Source: Hormoscilla sp. (GTDB lineage Bacteria > Cyanobacteriota > Cyanobacteriia > Cyanobacteriales > Desertifilaceae). From it: DNA of 19,792 bases. Made by a program: the position numbers and the translations under genes. Position 1 is the first letter of the stretch; every line of letters starts with the position of its first letter. The notes under the pieces were generated by a model. The model worked only from the letters and a program-made list of their open reading frames with translations. It made no database searches and was not told the DNA's origin. The stretch is taken from contig JBFRWI010000153.1 in assembly GCA_051439505.1 (NCBI GenBank), positions 1 to 19,792 on the forward strand, in the 5' to 3' direction. Below are positions 7,738 to 16,330 of this stretch, piece by piece.

Positions 7738-10276
7738 TGCATCCTGCTGCTACCTGAATTACCTGCAATAAAGTAGAAGATGCTGGCAGAGAACCAGTCG
7801 GTACTAGACAGGGAAATACTGAAAGACCCTTGACTTGATTAGCCGCCTGAGTAGTTGACTGACTCACTGTTACTAAAGGTAGAGAAGCAAGGGTTTCATT
7901 CTCACTCAAATCCTGCAACAAAGCGATCGGATTTAATAATTCGGTATCGTTGAGTAAGATGACATCAGGCTTCCAAATTTTTGCCAACAGTGAAGCCTGA
8001 TCTAGATCCGACGCTTCGATAATTCTGTGCTTAGGTGTGGAGTTTGACCCCCAGTTAAAGAGGCTGTAACAACCCATATTTACCGCATTATCACTTAAGC
8101 ACAAAACTGTCAGTTTCTCCGTCTCACTTATGCTTTCCTCACTGTCAGCCATTTCTGGCGGCGGTGCTGGTTGTGAAATTAGGCGAGATAGTCTCTTTTG
8201 CAAAACCTGGCTCTCTACAGGCAGGCTTAAAAAATCATCAACTATCATATCATCGAAGTTCGCTTCCCAAGCATTGCCGATCGCGATCGCCCGCATATGG
8301 CAAGTTGCTGTCTCAGATTTAAGTTGGGAGATCACCTCCACCCCCGATAACAGGGGGTTCGTCAAATTCAGTAATATTACCCTCGGTTGCAGGCACCGAG
8401 CTTTACGCAGAGCTTCCGCCTGAGAACGGGCAACCAGACTCAAATAGCCCAAACCCCGCAACTGCTCTGTTAAATCAAAAATGAAGTCCGGGTTTGTCTC
8501 TAAGATTAAGATTAACGAACTCCTGGTTATTGTCGATTCTACCCTAGATGAGAGGTCTGCTGCGGGTAACAGCAGAGTAAACTCGCTGCCTTTGCCTTCT
8601 GTAGAAATAAAAGTGACTTCGCCACCATGTAGTCGAGCCAGACCTTGAGTTAAAACCAGTCCCAAACCCGTGCTGGAACTGCTTTGAGTGAAGTGATTTT
8701 CTCGCCTTGGGAATTTTTGAAAGATTAACTGCTGCTGTGCTGCTTTAATTCCCACGCCTGTATCCCACACAGTAAAGCCAATCCAATTATGACTCCAGTT
8801 GCTGACTCGTAAGCCAATTTCACCTGTGGGAGCTGTAAACTTGACGGCGTTCTCTAGCAGGTTAAGCAGCATCTGCTGCAGACGCAGCTCGTCAGCCACG
8901 ATCGACTCTAAATTAGGTGCGATTTCCAGGAGCAAGCGTCGATCTCCGAGATCCGACAGTGACTGCTGTACCTGCTCTTTGGCCTTCTGGCAAACTTTGG
9001 CGATCTCAACAGAGTGAGGTTTCAACTCTAGTTCCCCAGTTTCTAGGCGACTCAAATCTACTAAATTGTTGACTATCTTCATTAGCTGACGCCCGCTTTC
9101 ACGGATCAGTCCAGCGTACCGGGCTTGCCGTTGAGTTAATGGGTGTTGCCCATCATTCAACAGCAGACTGGACAAACCGAGAATTGTAGTGATCGGCGTC
9201 TTGAGTTCGTGGCTGATGTGAAGTAAAAATTCATCTTTGCGGACCTGCTCTATCTCGGCATTTTCAGCTGACATTTTCCGTGCTTCTAACTGTGGTGAAA
9301 TCTGAGTCGCAAGCACCAGGCATAGGGGTTCTAGACCACGATTAGATCCCTTACATGTTCTGCCTTCAGGAGTGACTGCTCTATCATACTCCTCGCCGAT
9401 CGCTCCTACCCTTGTCAGCACCGGGCTACAAACCTCTTGTTCCCATTGAGCCCCATGTCTGTTACCTAAACTGGCTAACTCTAGGTGAGAATCAGGAATA
9501 TTCCCCAGAGGAATTTTCACGAACTGCCATAACCCAGCTGTTTCTTCTAGGACGGGGTCAAATTCGGGACTCCCCGAGCAACACAGAGTAGCTGTCTGTG
9601 CTAGACTTATCTGGGCCGCATAGGACGAGGGAGTTAACTTCTGGCAGGCAGTTTCTAGTCCGATCCAGTCCCGATCGGGAATTGCTTCGACCAAGCTGCG
9701 CCATGCCATATTTTCGCTCAAGACAACGCCAGAATTGCTTTGCAGCCTTAAGGGCATAGGTAAAATCTCCAACAGTTTCATCAAAGCATGGGCTATGAGT
9801 AGCTCTGGAGCCTTCGGTCTGATGCCCGGATTCTGGTATAGTATATTTGATTCATCTGTTGGGGTCGGTACTGGCTCTTTGGTGTCTTTACTGACTAGGC
9901 ATTTTAACAGGCTGTTGCGATCGAGCAGTCCCAAGAACTCTCCATCAGGATTTACCAAGGCTACTGGACCAATGCTAGTTCTCTGGTAGTCCCGACAGAA
10001 TTGAGACCAGTTCATGTCAGCTGGCATGGTCGCGATCGCTTCGGTGAGGGGGCTGCTGCCTAGGGGTTGCTGCCAATCTAGAGCCTTTCCCATCAGGTAG
10101 GGCATTAACTTGGAGAGATTTACTAATCCCACTGGTTGCCGGTGGTCATTGACCACTACGATCAGTTTCCAATGCCCCTGGCCAAATATGCTAGTGACTT
10201 CTGCGGCGGCAACAGTCTGGACGCAGATGGGCACTGGAGCGATAAATTCCAGTAGTGAGGTGCTATTCATTGACAT
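7733..10276 (-). CDS. Hybrid-type histidine kinase: N-terminal CBS-like pair, HisKA, HATPase, two C-terminal pseudo-receiver domains; divergent from kaiA
   Basis: IVVVNDHRQPVGLV and VALVNPDGEFLGLL (CBS-like), HISHELKTP (H box), LLNLLENAVKF, DTGVGI and GLGLVL. Receiver-like segments read QPRVILLNL and KPDVILLND. Start is more likely the ATG at 10276 than the non-ATG start at 10378. Confidence 0.88.
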   Translation of the reverse strand: MSMNSTSLLEFIAPVPICVQTVAAAEVTSIFGQGHWKLIVVVNDHRQPVGLVNLSKLMPYLMGKALDWQQPLGSSPLTEAIATMPADMNWSQFCRDYQRTSIGPVALVNPDGEFLGLLDRNSLLKCLVSKDTKEPVPTPTDESNILYQNPGIRPKAPELLIAHALMKLLEILPMPLRLQSNSGVVLSENMAWRSLVEAIPDRDWIGLETACQKLTPSSYAAQISLAQTATLCCSGSPEFDPVLEETAGLWQFVKIPLGNIPDSHLELASLGNRHGAQWEQEVCSPVLTRVGAIGEEYDRAVTPEGRTCKGSNRGLEPLCLVLATQISPQLEARKMSAENAEIEQVRKDEFLLHISHELKTPITTILGLSSLLLNDGQHPLTQRQARYAGLIRESGRQLMKIVNNLVDLSRLETGELELKPHSVEIAKVCQKAKEQVQQSLSDLGDRRLLLEIAPNLESIVADELRLQQMLLNLLENAVKFTAPTGEIGLRVSNWSHNWIGFTVWDTGVGIKAAQQQLIFQKFPRRENHFTQSSSSTGLGLVLTQGLARLHGGEVTFISTEGKGSEFTLLLPAADLSSRVESTITRSSLILILETNPDFIFDLTEQLRGLGYLSLVARSQAEALRKARCLQPRVILLNLTNPLLSGVEVISQLKSETATCHMRAIAIGNAWEANFDDMIVDDFLSLPVESQVLQKRLSRLISQPAPPPEMADSEESISETEKLTVLCLSDNAVNMGCYSLFNWGSNSTPKHRIIEASDLDQASLLAKIWKPDVILLNDTELLNPIALLQDLSENETLASLPLVTVSQSTTQAANQVKGLSVFPCLVPTGSLPASSTLLQVIQVAAGCS

Positions 10277-10522
10277 GGCCAAACAGCTTTGGCGGGCGGC
10301 GTTGCTAGCCTTGCCTTCGCGAGTCGAACCGGGGATCGCCCAGAGGCAAAGGCTTGGCCTATAAGGGCTACAGATCAATTATCGCTCTGGAGATGCACCT
10401 TTTGGTACCAGGTCATGATAATTTGTGACAATTTTTGTTTAAAGTTTTAAAATAATGTAAAGTATTATGAGGAAAACTCCGAGAAATCGGGTTTTTCTCG
10501 TCCACGCAGCAACTGACGCAAG

Positions 10523-11449
10523 GTGTCCCATACGGTCTCACGTTCTCCTCTGTCAATCTGTACCTTCCTCCGCTCTCCGGCCCTGGAGCGGTCGGTGCTC
10601 CAATCTTTGAGTGCCGATCGCTATCAGGTCATCCCCTGCGCCGCCGAGCTGGAATTTTTCCGCGTGCTGTCCCAGTCCAAGCAGCAGATCGATTGCCTGA
10701 TTTTGCAAGAGGTGCCGGAGTTGCCTCAAATTGTCCATCAGCTGAGTCAACTACGTACCCTCCTACCAATGGTAGTGCTTTCGCGCTCGCTCACTAAAAA
10801 TTCTGCTAGGCATGCCACTGACGCGACCGATCGCTTGGGCGCAATTGACGATCGCTCTTCGACACCAGGATTATATGATAGTTACTATAGAACTGCTATC
10901 CGGGTGGAAACAGCTCAACTCGAAAAGATTCCTGACGCGATCGAACTGGCGATCGCCGAATTCCTCAAGCTCTCTGCTCTGGGTGTTGACCTGTCCGATA
11001 GTAAATATTCCTTAGATGCTCTGACTACCCAGAGCTTGTTAACAGTTCAGCAGCGGCGTTTAGCCGATAAGCTTAAGGAGCGACTGGGATATCTAGGCGT
11101 GTATTACAAAAGAGACCCCAAAAACTTCTTCCGCTATCTGCCACAGGCACAAAAGCGAGAGTTGCTAGGGAACCTGAAAGCGGATTATCGAGAAATTATT
11201 TTAAGTTATTTTGATGATGATAATAGTCTGAATCAAATAATTGATGAATTTGTTAATCTCTGTTTTTTTACGGATATTTCGGTTTCTCAAATTGTGGAAA
11301 TTCACATGGATTTAATGGATGAATTTGCCAAGCAATTACAGCTGGAAAATCGCAGTGAAGAGATCTTACTTGACTATCGCCTGACCTTAATTGATATCAT
11401 AGCTCATTTATGTGAAATGTATAGGCGATCGATTCCCAGAGAATCATAG
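10523..11449 (+). CDS. kaiA: Circadian clock protein KaiA (long form with N-terminal pseudo-receiver)
   Basis: QQRRLADKLKERLGYLGVYYKRDP...LLDYRLTLIDIIAHLCEMYRRSIPRE; GTG start. Confidence 0.97.
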   Translation: MSHTVSRSPLSICTFLRSPALERSVLQSLSADRYQVIPCAAELEFFRVLSQSKQQIDCLILQEVPELPQIVHQLSQLRTLLPMVVLSRSLTKNSARHATDATDRLGAIDDRSSTPGLYDSYYRTAIRVETAQLEKIPDAIELAIAEFLKLSALGVDLSDSKYSLDALTTQSLLTVQQRRLADKLKERLGYLGVYYKRDPKNFFRYLPQAQKRELLGNLKADYREIILSYFDDDNSLNQIIDEFVNLCFFTDISVSQIVEIHMDLMDEFAKQLQLENRSEEILLDYRLTLIDIIAHLCEMYRRSIPRES

Positions 11450-11509
11450 TTGGGGTGATTAGTTGGGCAAGAAATGTAGAGCGAGGAAAAAGGAGAAAAG
11501 AAAAAGGTT

Positions 11510-11824
11510 ATGAGCCCGCTAAAAAAAACATACATTCTCAAGCTGTACGTGGCGGGAAATACTCCCAACTCGGTACGGGCATTGAAAACGCTGAATGATA
11601 TCCTGGAACAGGAGTTTCAAGGGGTATACGCCCTGAAGGTAATTGACGTGCTGAAAAACCCTCAGCTGGCGGAAGAAGATAAGATATTAGCGACACCAAC
11701 CCTAGCGAAGATATTACCGCCACCGGTGCGGAAGATAATCGGGGATCTATCAGACCGAGAAAAGGTGCTGATTGGACTAGATCTATTGTATGATGAACTA
11801 CGAGAGGACGAACGCAATAGTTGA
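11510..11824 (+). CDS. kaiB: Circadian clock protein KaiB
   Basis: [23 protein letters not shown]...[23 protein letters not shown]. Confidence 0.99.
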   Translation: MSPLKKTYILKLYVAGNTPNSVRALKTLNDILEQEFQGVYALKVIDVLKNPQLAEEDKILATPTLAKILPPPVRKIIGDLSDREKVLIGLDLLYDELREDERNS

Positions 11825-11896
11825 ACGATCTCCGAAGGCAGCGGCAAGAGGATGACAAAAGATCTACCTGTGGAGAAAGGAGAATGATAAGAAGGA

Positions 11897-13450
11897 ATGA
11901 ATAAAGTTAAGAAAAATCAACAGCAGGAAAAAAAGGTTCTGACTGGCGTCAAAAAGATTCACACCCTGATAGAGGGCTTCGATGATATCAGTCATTCCGG
12001 TCTGCCAGTGGGTAGAAGCACCCTAGTCAGCGGCACATCTGGAACTGGGAAGACTTTATTGGCAGTTCAGTTTATCTATAATGGCATCATCCATTTTCAG
12101 GAACCGGGGGTGTTTGTCACTTTTGAAGAGTCCCCCACGGACATTATTACAAATGCTCAAAGTTTTAATTGGGATTTGCAACAATTAATTGATGAGGGTA
12201 AGCTGTTCATTCTGGATGCTTCTCCGGATCCAGAAGGACAGGATATTGTCGGGAATTTTGACCTGTCGGCCCTGATCGAACGGTTGCAATACGCCATTAG
12301 AAAATATAAGGCGAAGCGGGTGTCGATCGACTCGGTGACAGCTGTGTTTCAGCAGTATGACGCGGCGAGTGTGGTGCGCCGGGAAATATTTCGCCTGGTG
12401 GCACGCCTGAAACAAGTAGGGGTGACTACCATCATGACTACAGAACGGGAGGGGGAGTATGGACCAGTGGCCAGGTTTGGGGTGGAGGAGTTTGTTTCCG
12501 ATAATGTGGTGATCGTCCGCAATGTTTTGGAAGGGGAACGCCGACGCCGGACGATCGAGATCTTGAAGTTGCGGGGTACGACTCATATGAAAGGGGAGTA
12601 CCCCTTTACCATTACCAATGATGGCATAAATATTTTCCCACTGGGGGCCATGCGACTCACTCAACGTTCTTCCAATGTTCGGGTTTCCTCTGGGGTGAAA
12701 ACTCTCGACGAAATGTGTGGCGGCGGTTTCTTCAAGGATTCCATTATTCTGGCCACGGGGGCCACGGGTACGGGTAAGACCCTTTTGGTGAGTAAGTTCT
12801 TACAAAATGGCTGTACTCAGGGCGATCGGGTAATCCTGTTTGCCTACGAAGAGTCGCGGGCCCAACTGTTCCGCAATGCTTCTTCCTGGGGAATAGATTT
12901 TGAGGACCTAGAAGGCAAAGGATTGTTAAAACTCCTTTGTTCTTACCCGGAGTCAGCGGGGTTGGAAGACCACCTCCAGATGATTAAATCGGAGATTACT
13001 GAGTTTAAACCCTCTCGCATCGCGATCGACTCTCTGTCAGCTTTGGCCAGGGGAGTAAGTAACAATGCGTTTCGTCAGTTTGTGATTGGCGTCACGGGCT
13101 ATGCCAAGCAGGAGGAAATTACAGGCTTTTTCACCAATACCACCGACCAGTTCATGGGGTCTCATTCGATTACGGATTCTCATATTTCCACGATCACGGA
13201 TACAATTTTGATGTTGCAGTACGTCGAAATCAGAGGTGAAATGTCCCGCGCCCTCAATGTATTCAAAATGCGGGGTTCCTGGCACGATAAAGGCATCCGC
13301 GAGTATAGCATCAGCGCCAACGGTCCCGAAATTAAAGATTCCTTCCGCAACTATGAAGGGATTATCAGCGGTTCTCCTTCTAAGATATCTGTCGATGAAA
13401 GGAATGAACTCTCCCGCATTGTCAGAGGGGTACAGGGGAAAATTGATTAG
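11897..13450 (+). CDS. kaiC: Circadian clock protein KaiC
   Basis: Two RecA-like domains with GTSGTGKT and GATGTGKT P-loops, EE catalytic pairs, and the SHISTITD phosphosite motif. Confidence 0.99.
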   Translation: MNKVKKNQQQEKKVLTGVKKIHTLIEGFDDISHSGLPVGRSTLVSGTSGTGKTLLAVQFIYNGIIHFQEPGVFVTFEESPTDIITNAQSFNWDLQQLIDEGKLFILDASPDPEGQDIVGNFDLSALIERLQYAIRKYKAKRVSIDSVTAVFQQYDAASVVRREIFRLVARLKQVGVTTIMTTEREGEYGPVARFGVEEFVSDNVVIVRNVLEGERRRRTIEILKLRGTTHMKGEYPFTITNDGINIFPLGAMRLTQRSSNVRVSSGVKTLDEMCGGGFFKDSIILATGATGTGKTLLVSKFLQNGCTQGDRVILFAYEESRAQLFRNASSWGIDFEDLEGKGLLKLLCSYPESAGLEDHLQMIKSEITEFKPSRIAIDSLSALARGVSNNAFRQFVIGVTGYAKQEEITGFFTNTTDQFMGSHSITDSHISTITDTILMLQYVEIRGEMSRALNVFKMRGSWHDKGIREYSISANGPEIKDSFRNYEGIISGSPSKISVDERNELSRIVRGVQGKID

Positions 13451-13482
13451 TAATCCTATTTTATTTCCTGGTTTACTGGTTT

Positions 13483-13575
13483 TCCTGGTTCCCAGGGTCT
13501 CCCTGGGAACCAGGAGTTGAGGCTCTGCCTCTTGTGAGTAATTTTCTCCTATGAGTGAGTGGGAGGAGGCAGATC
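13483..13575. repeat. GTTCCCAGG-type palindromic REP/MITE between the convergent kaiC and ATP-grasp genes; likely bidirectional terminator
   Basis: Perfect 15-bp stem TCCTGGTTCCCAGGG-tct-CCCTGGGAACCAGGA (13483-13515), then GAGGCTCTGCCTC. Related copies at ~2334-2361, 19433-19461 and 19530-19578. Confidence 0.8.
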
Positions 13576-13629
13576 CTCGGAGGGGGGTGACCGGGGAAAG
13601 CGCTAAAGCGCTTACTACAAACGGATTAT

Positions 13630-14469
13630 TCAGCTTAAAAAAGTCAACATCTGCTCGTACATCTCAATTACCTTGTGTTCGCCACCATCAGCAACAATAT
13701 GGGCAAAAGCGGGGGATGAATTTGCCTCAATTAGCCACCATTGCTTATTCTCATCAATCGCTAGATCTAAACCGCAAAAGGGAATCATTTTTTTTGCAAA
13801 TATTAGCGCACAAAATTTATCTATCTGGGCTAATAATCTCTCATCCTCGATTAAAATTGCCTTGGCACCCTCCCAATGTAACGGACTTAAATTTCCCTGA
13901 AAATTGGCCCCCCGAATGCTCTTTTCATAGGCTAAAGATAATTTCCCATTAACATAAACTGCCCGATATTCTGCTTTGATGTGCAGATATTCTTGCGCTA
14001 TGGCTACGCGATCGAAGTCTTTACTGTGGATATTAAATATAGTCTCGATCGCCTCATGCAGTTCCGATCTCCTATTTACCTTAAAAACATTATTCCCTGT
14101 CGTGCCGCTATTTCTCTTAACGATCAAAGGATATTGAAACTCCTTTTCAATGCTGGTTAAAATTTCTTCAAGAGTTTTTTCTTTTTGTTCTTGAATATAT
14201 TTAGGAGCGGCATGGGGATTGACAAATGCTTGGCCGCGAGGCATGTTTATGACATCCTTGAAAAAGGTGTAAAAGTAATCTTTATCTTTACATAATTGCG
14301 CCACTGCCTCTGAGTTTAACGGCGTTGTCCAATTAATAAACAGGTAGGATCGCTCGTTGCCTAAAACTTCCACCATAGTCCGATATCTATGGTAAATTTT
14401 ATAGTCCACACCCATTTTTTTACAAGCTTTAATCAAGGCTTTGAGATTTGTGTTCATAATACTTATCAT
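13630..14469 (-). CDS. ATP-grasp (RimK/cyanophycin-synthetase-like) ligase
   Basis: [32 protein letters not shown]...EYRA and CGLDL...WLIEANSSP motifs. ATGA overlap with the upstream kinase at 14466-14469 (alternative ATG at 14457). Confidence 0.85.
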   Translation of the reverse strand: MISIMNTNLKALIKACKKMGVDYKIYHRYRTMVEVLGNERSYLFINWTTPLNSEAVAQLCKDKDYFYTFFKDVINMPRGQAFVNPHAAPKYIQEQKEKTLEEILTSIEKEFQYPLIVKRNSGTTGNNVFKVNRRSELHEAIETIFNIHSKDFDRVAIAQEYLHIKAEYRAVYVNGKLSLAYEKSIRGANFQGNLSPLHWEGAKAILIEDERLLAQIDKFCALIFAKKMIPFCGLDLAIDENKQWWLIEANSSPAFAHIVADGGEHKVIEMYEQMLTFLS

Positions 14470-16031
14470 AACCATTTTTGCAGGGTATTCTGCAAGCTTT
14501 CCATGGAGACCGGTTTGCTGAGGTAATCATTCATCCCCGCCGCCAGACATTTCTCCCGATCGCCCTCCATGGCCGAGGCCGTTAGTCCGACAATCACGGT
14601 ATTTGAGTCCTGTTCTCGGATAGCTTGCGTCGCCTGGTAGCCATCTAACACGGGCATTTGACAATCCATAAATATCATATCATAGTCCGATGCTGCTAAC
14701 TTGTCTAAGGCTTCTTGACCGTTCTGGGCCCATTCCGATTTGTAACCCAACTGTTTGAGTTGGTTCCTTAGGACCATGCGGTTTACTCTTGTATCTTCGA
14801 CAATCAATATTTTCACATCTACCACGGGCGTTATGTTACAAGCAGGGGGGTTTTGCGCCTTCTCAACAGCTTTTGCTTGGGCGATCGCCAGCTGTTTGAA
14901 GGGAATCTTAAACCAGAAACTGGCACCTTCTCCCAGGACGCTGTCCACGCCAATGGATCCTCCCATTAATTGTACCAGTTGCTGGCAAATTGCCAAACCC
15001 AACCCCGTTCCCCCATACTCGCGAGTCGTGGAGGGATTCGCTTGGGTGAAAGATTGGAATAGTTTTGCTTGCACTTCTGGAGTAATCCCAATTCCCGTAT
15101 CCTTGACTACAAAATGCAGGGTGATGGGTGAGTTAGGTGCAGCAGTTTCACCTTTTACTTGCAAGCTGACTTCTCCTACCTTGGTAAATTTAATCCCATT
15201 CCCGATCAGATTGAGCATAATTTGCCGCAGTCGATAGGAATCTCCAATCATTTTTTCCGGGACCTGTGGGTCGATGCGATAATTTAGTTTGATACCTTTA
15301 ACATCGGCTTGGGGTGCCAACAAATTTATCGTTTCTTTGACGGTCTCCTTGCAAGCAAATTCATGATATTCCAGCCGCATTTCCCCGGCTTCCAGCTTAG
15401 AAAAGTCCAGAAGATCGTTAATCAGCATCAAGAGGTTTTCGCCGCTGCTTTTCAGGGCTTCGACAAATTCTCTTTGTTCGGAATCTAGTTTTGTATTTAA
15501 CAGCAACTCCGTCAGCCCCAACACTCCATTCATGGGAGTCCGGATTTCGTGGCTCATATTTGCTAAAAACAGACTTTTCGCTCTTGTGGCTGTTTCGGCG
15601 GCGGCTTTCGCTTGTTGCAGTTCGATATTTTGAGCTTGCATTTGCTTGTGCAGTCGGCTCCCTTGCAGTTGATTCTCGATCCGCCCTAATACTTCGGGGA
15701 TTTGAAAGGGTTTGCTGATGTAGTCTGCACCCCCTACCTGGAAGGCTTTCACTTTATCGAAGGCATCGTCTAAGGCGCTTAAGAAAATTATCGGAATCTC
15801 CCGGGTAGTTTCGCTTACTTTCAGCTGCTGACAAACTTCGTAGCCATCCATTCCTGGCATCTTGATGTCTAGTAATATTAAATCGGGGGGATTGGATTTC
15901 GCAGAGGCGATCACCAGTTCTCCATCCGGCGATATCCGCACTTTGTACCGGTGTTCTGATAGAGTTTGGGTTAACAGTTCCAGATTCGCCGGCGTATCGT
16001 CAACTACTAATATCGTTCCTTTGTTACTCAT
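14466..16031 (-). CDS. Soluble hybrid histidine kinase REC-HisKA-HATPase-REC
   Basis: ILVVDD...[35 protein letters not shown] and [10 protein letters not shown]. Confidence 0.95.
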   Translation of the reverse strand: MSNKGTILVVDDTPANLELLTQTLSEHRYKVRISPDGELVIASAKSNPPDLILLDIKMPGMDGYEVCQQLKVSETTREIPIIFLSALDDAFDKVKAFQVGGADYISKPFQIPEVLGRIENQLQGSRLHKQMQAQNIELQQAKAAAETATRAKSLFLANMSHEIRTPMNGVLGLTELLLNTKLDSEQREFVEALKSSGENLLMLINDLLDFSKLEAGEMRLEYHEFACKETVKETINLLAPQADVKGIKLNYRIDPQVPEKMIGDSYRLRQIMLNLIGNGIKFTKVGEVSLQVKGETAAPNSPITLHFVVKDTGIGITPEVQAKLFQSFTQANPSTTREYGGTGLGLAICQQLVQLMGGSIGVDSVLGEGASFWFKIPFKQLAIAQAKAVEKAQNPPACNITPVVDVKILIVEDTRVNRMVLRNQLKQLGYKSEWAQNGQEALDKLAASDYDMIFMDCQMPVLDGYQATQAIREQDSNTVIVGLTASAMEGDREKCLAAGMNDYLSKPVSMESLQNTLQKWL

Positions 16032-16066
16032 TCTGGTTACTTGTCAGTTATTCACTTTGCTGTTGT

Positions 16067-16309
16067 CCCGCCGGGGGTTGCAAACCCAAAGGCTTTTAGC
16101 TGAATTCCGTTGAAACCGACTAATAAATGATTTCCCAAGTAATTGTAGCATCTTTTTGACAAACTGGTATTATTTTTTGGATGTTAGTTGTCAATGGCTT
16201 TGCTTTTTATTCTCATAAAACCCACTCTCCAGCCTTGTCGCTGAAAGGTTTTCAGTCGGTTTTCAACCGACAAGAGGCTGTTAGCCTTATGGTTTGAACC
16301 CACGGCGGG
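16067..16309. mobile_element. Inverted-repeat MITE/REP doublet (CCCGCC..GGGTTCAAACC..GTCGGTTGAAAACCGACT family)
   Basis: 16067-16122 is an imperfect inverted repeat of 16251-16309. A third, interrupted arm lies at 19367-19488. Confidence 0.75.
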
Positions 16310-16330
16310 CTACTGCGGCTACTGCGAAGA

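Noticed and set aside
10410..10500. Specific RpaA/NtcA/CRP sites in the kinase-kaiA divergent region
   Set aside because: The region is AT-rich with TAAA repeats and a small hairpin, but no convincing consensus match can be supported by eye.
13340..13400. KaiC A-loop variant EGIISGSPSKI versus the commonly cited ERIISGSPTRI
   Set aside because: The changes are mostly conservative, the key Glu and hydroxyl residue are retained, and similar variants are to my knowledge natural. There is no basis for claiming altered function.
13551..13952. Plus-strand 133-aa ORF as a RiPP precursor for the ATP-grasp enzyme
   Set aside because: It is antisense to the ATP-grasp gene, begins inside a REP element, and has no leader or core repeat motif.
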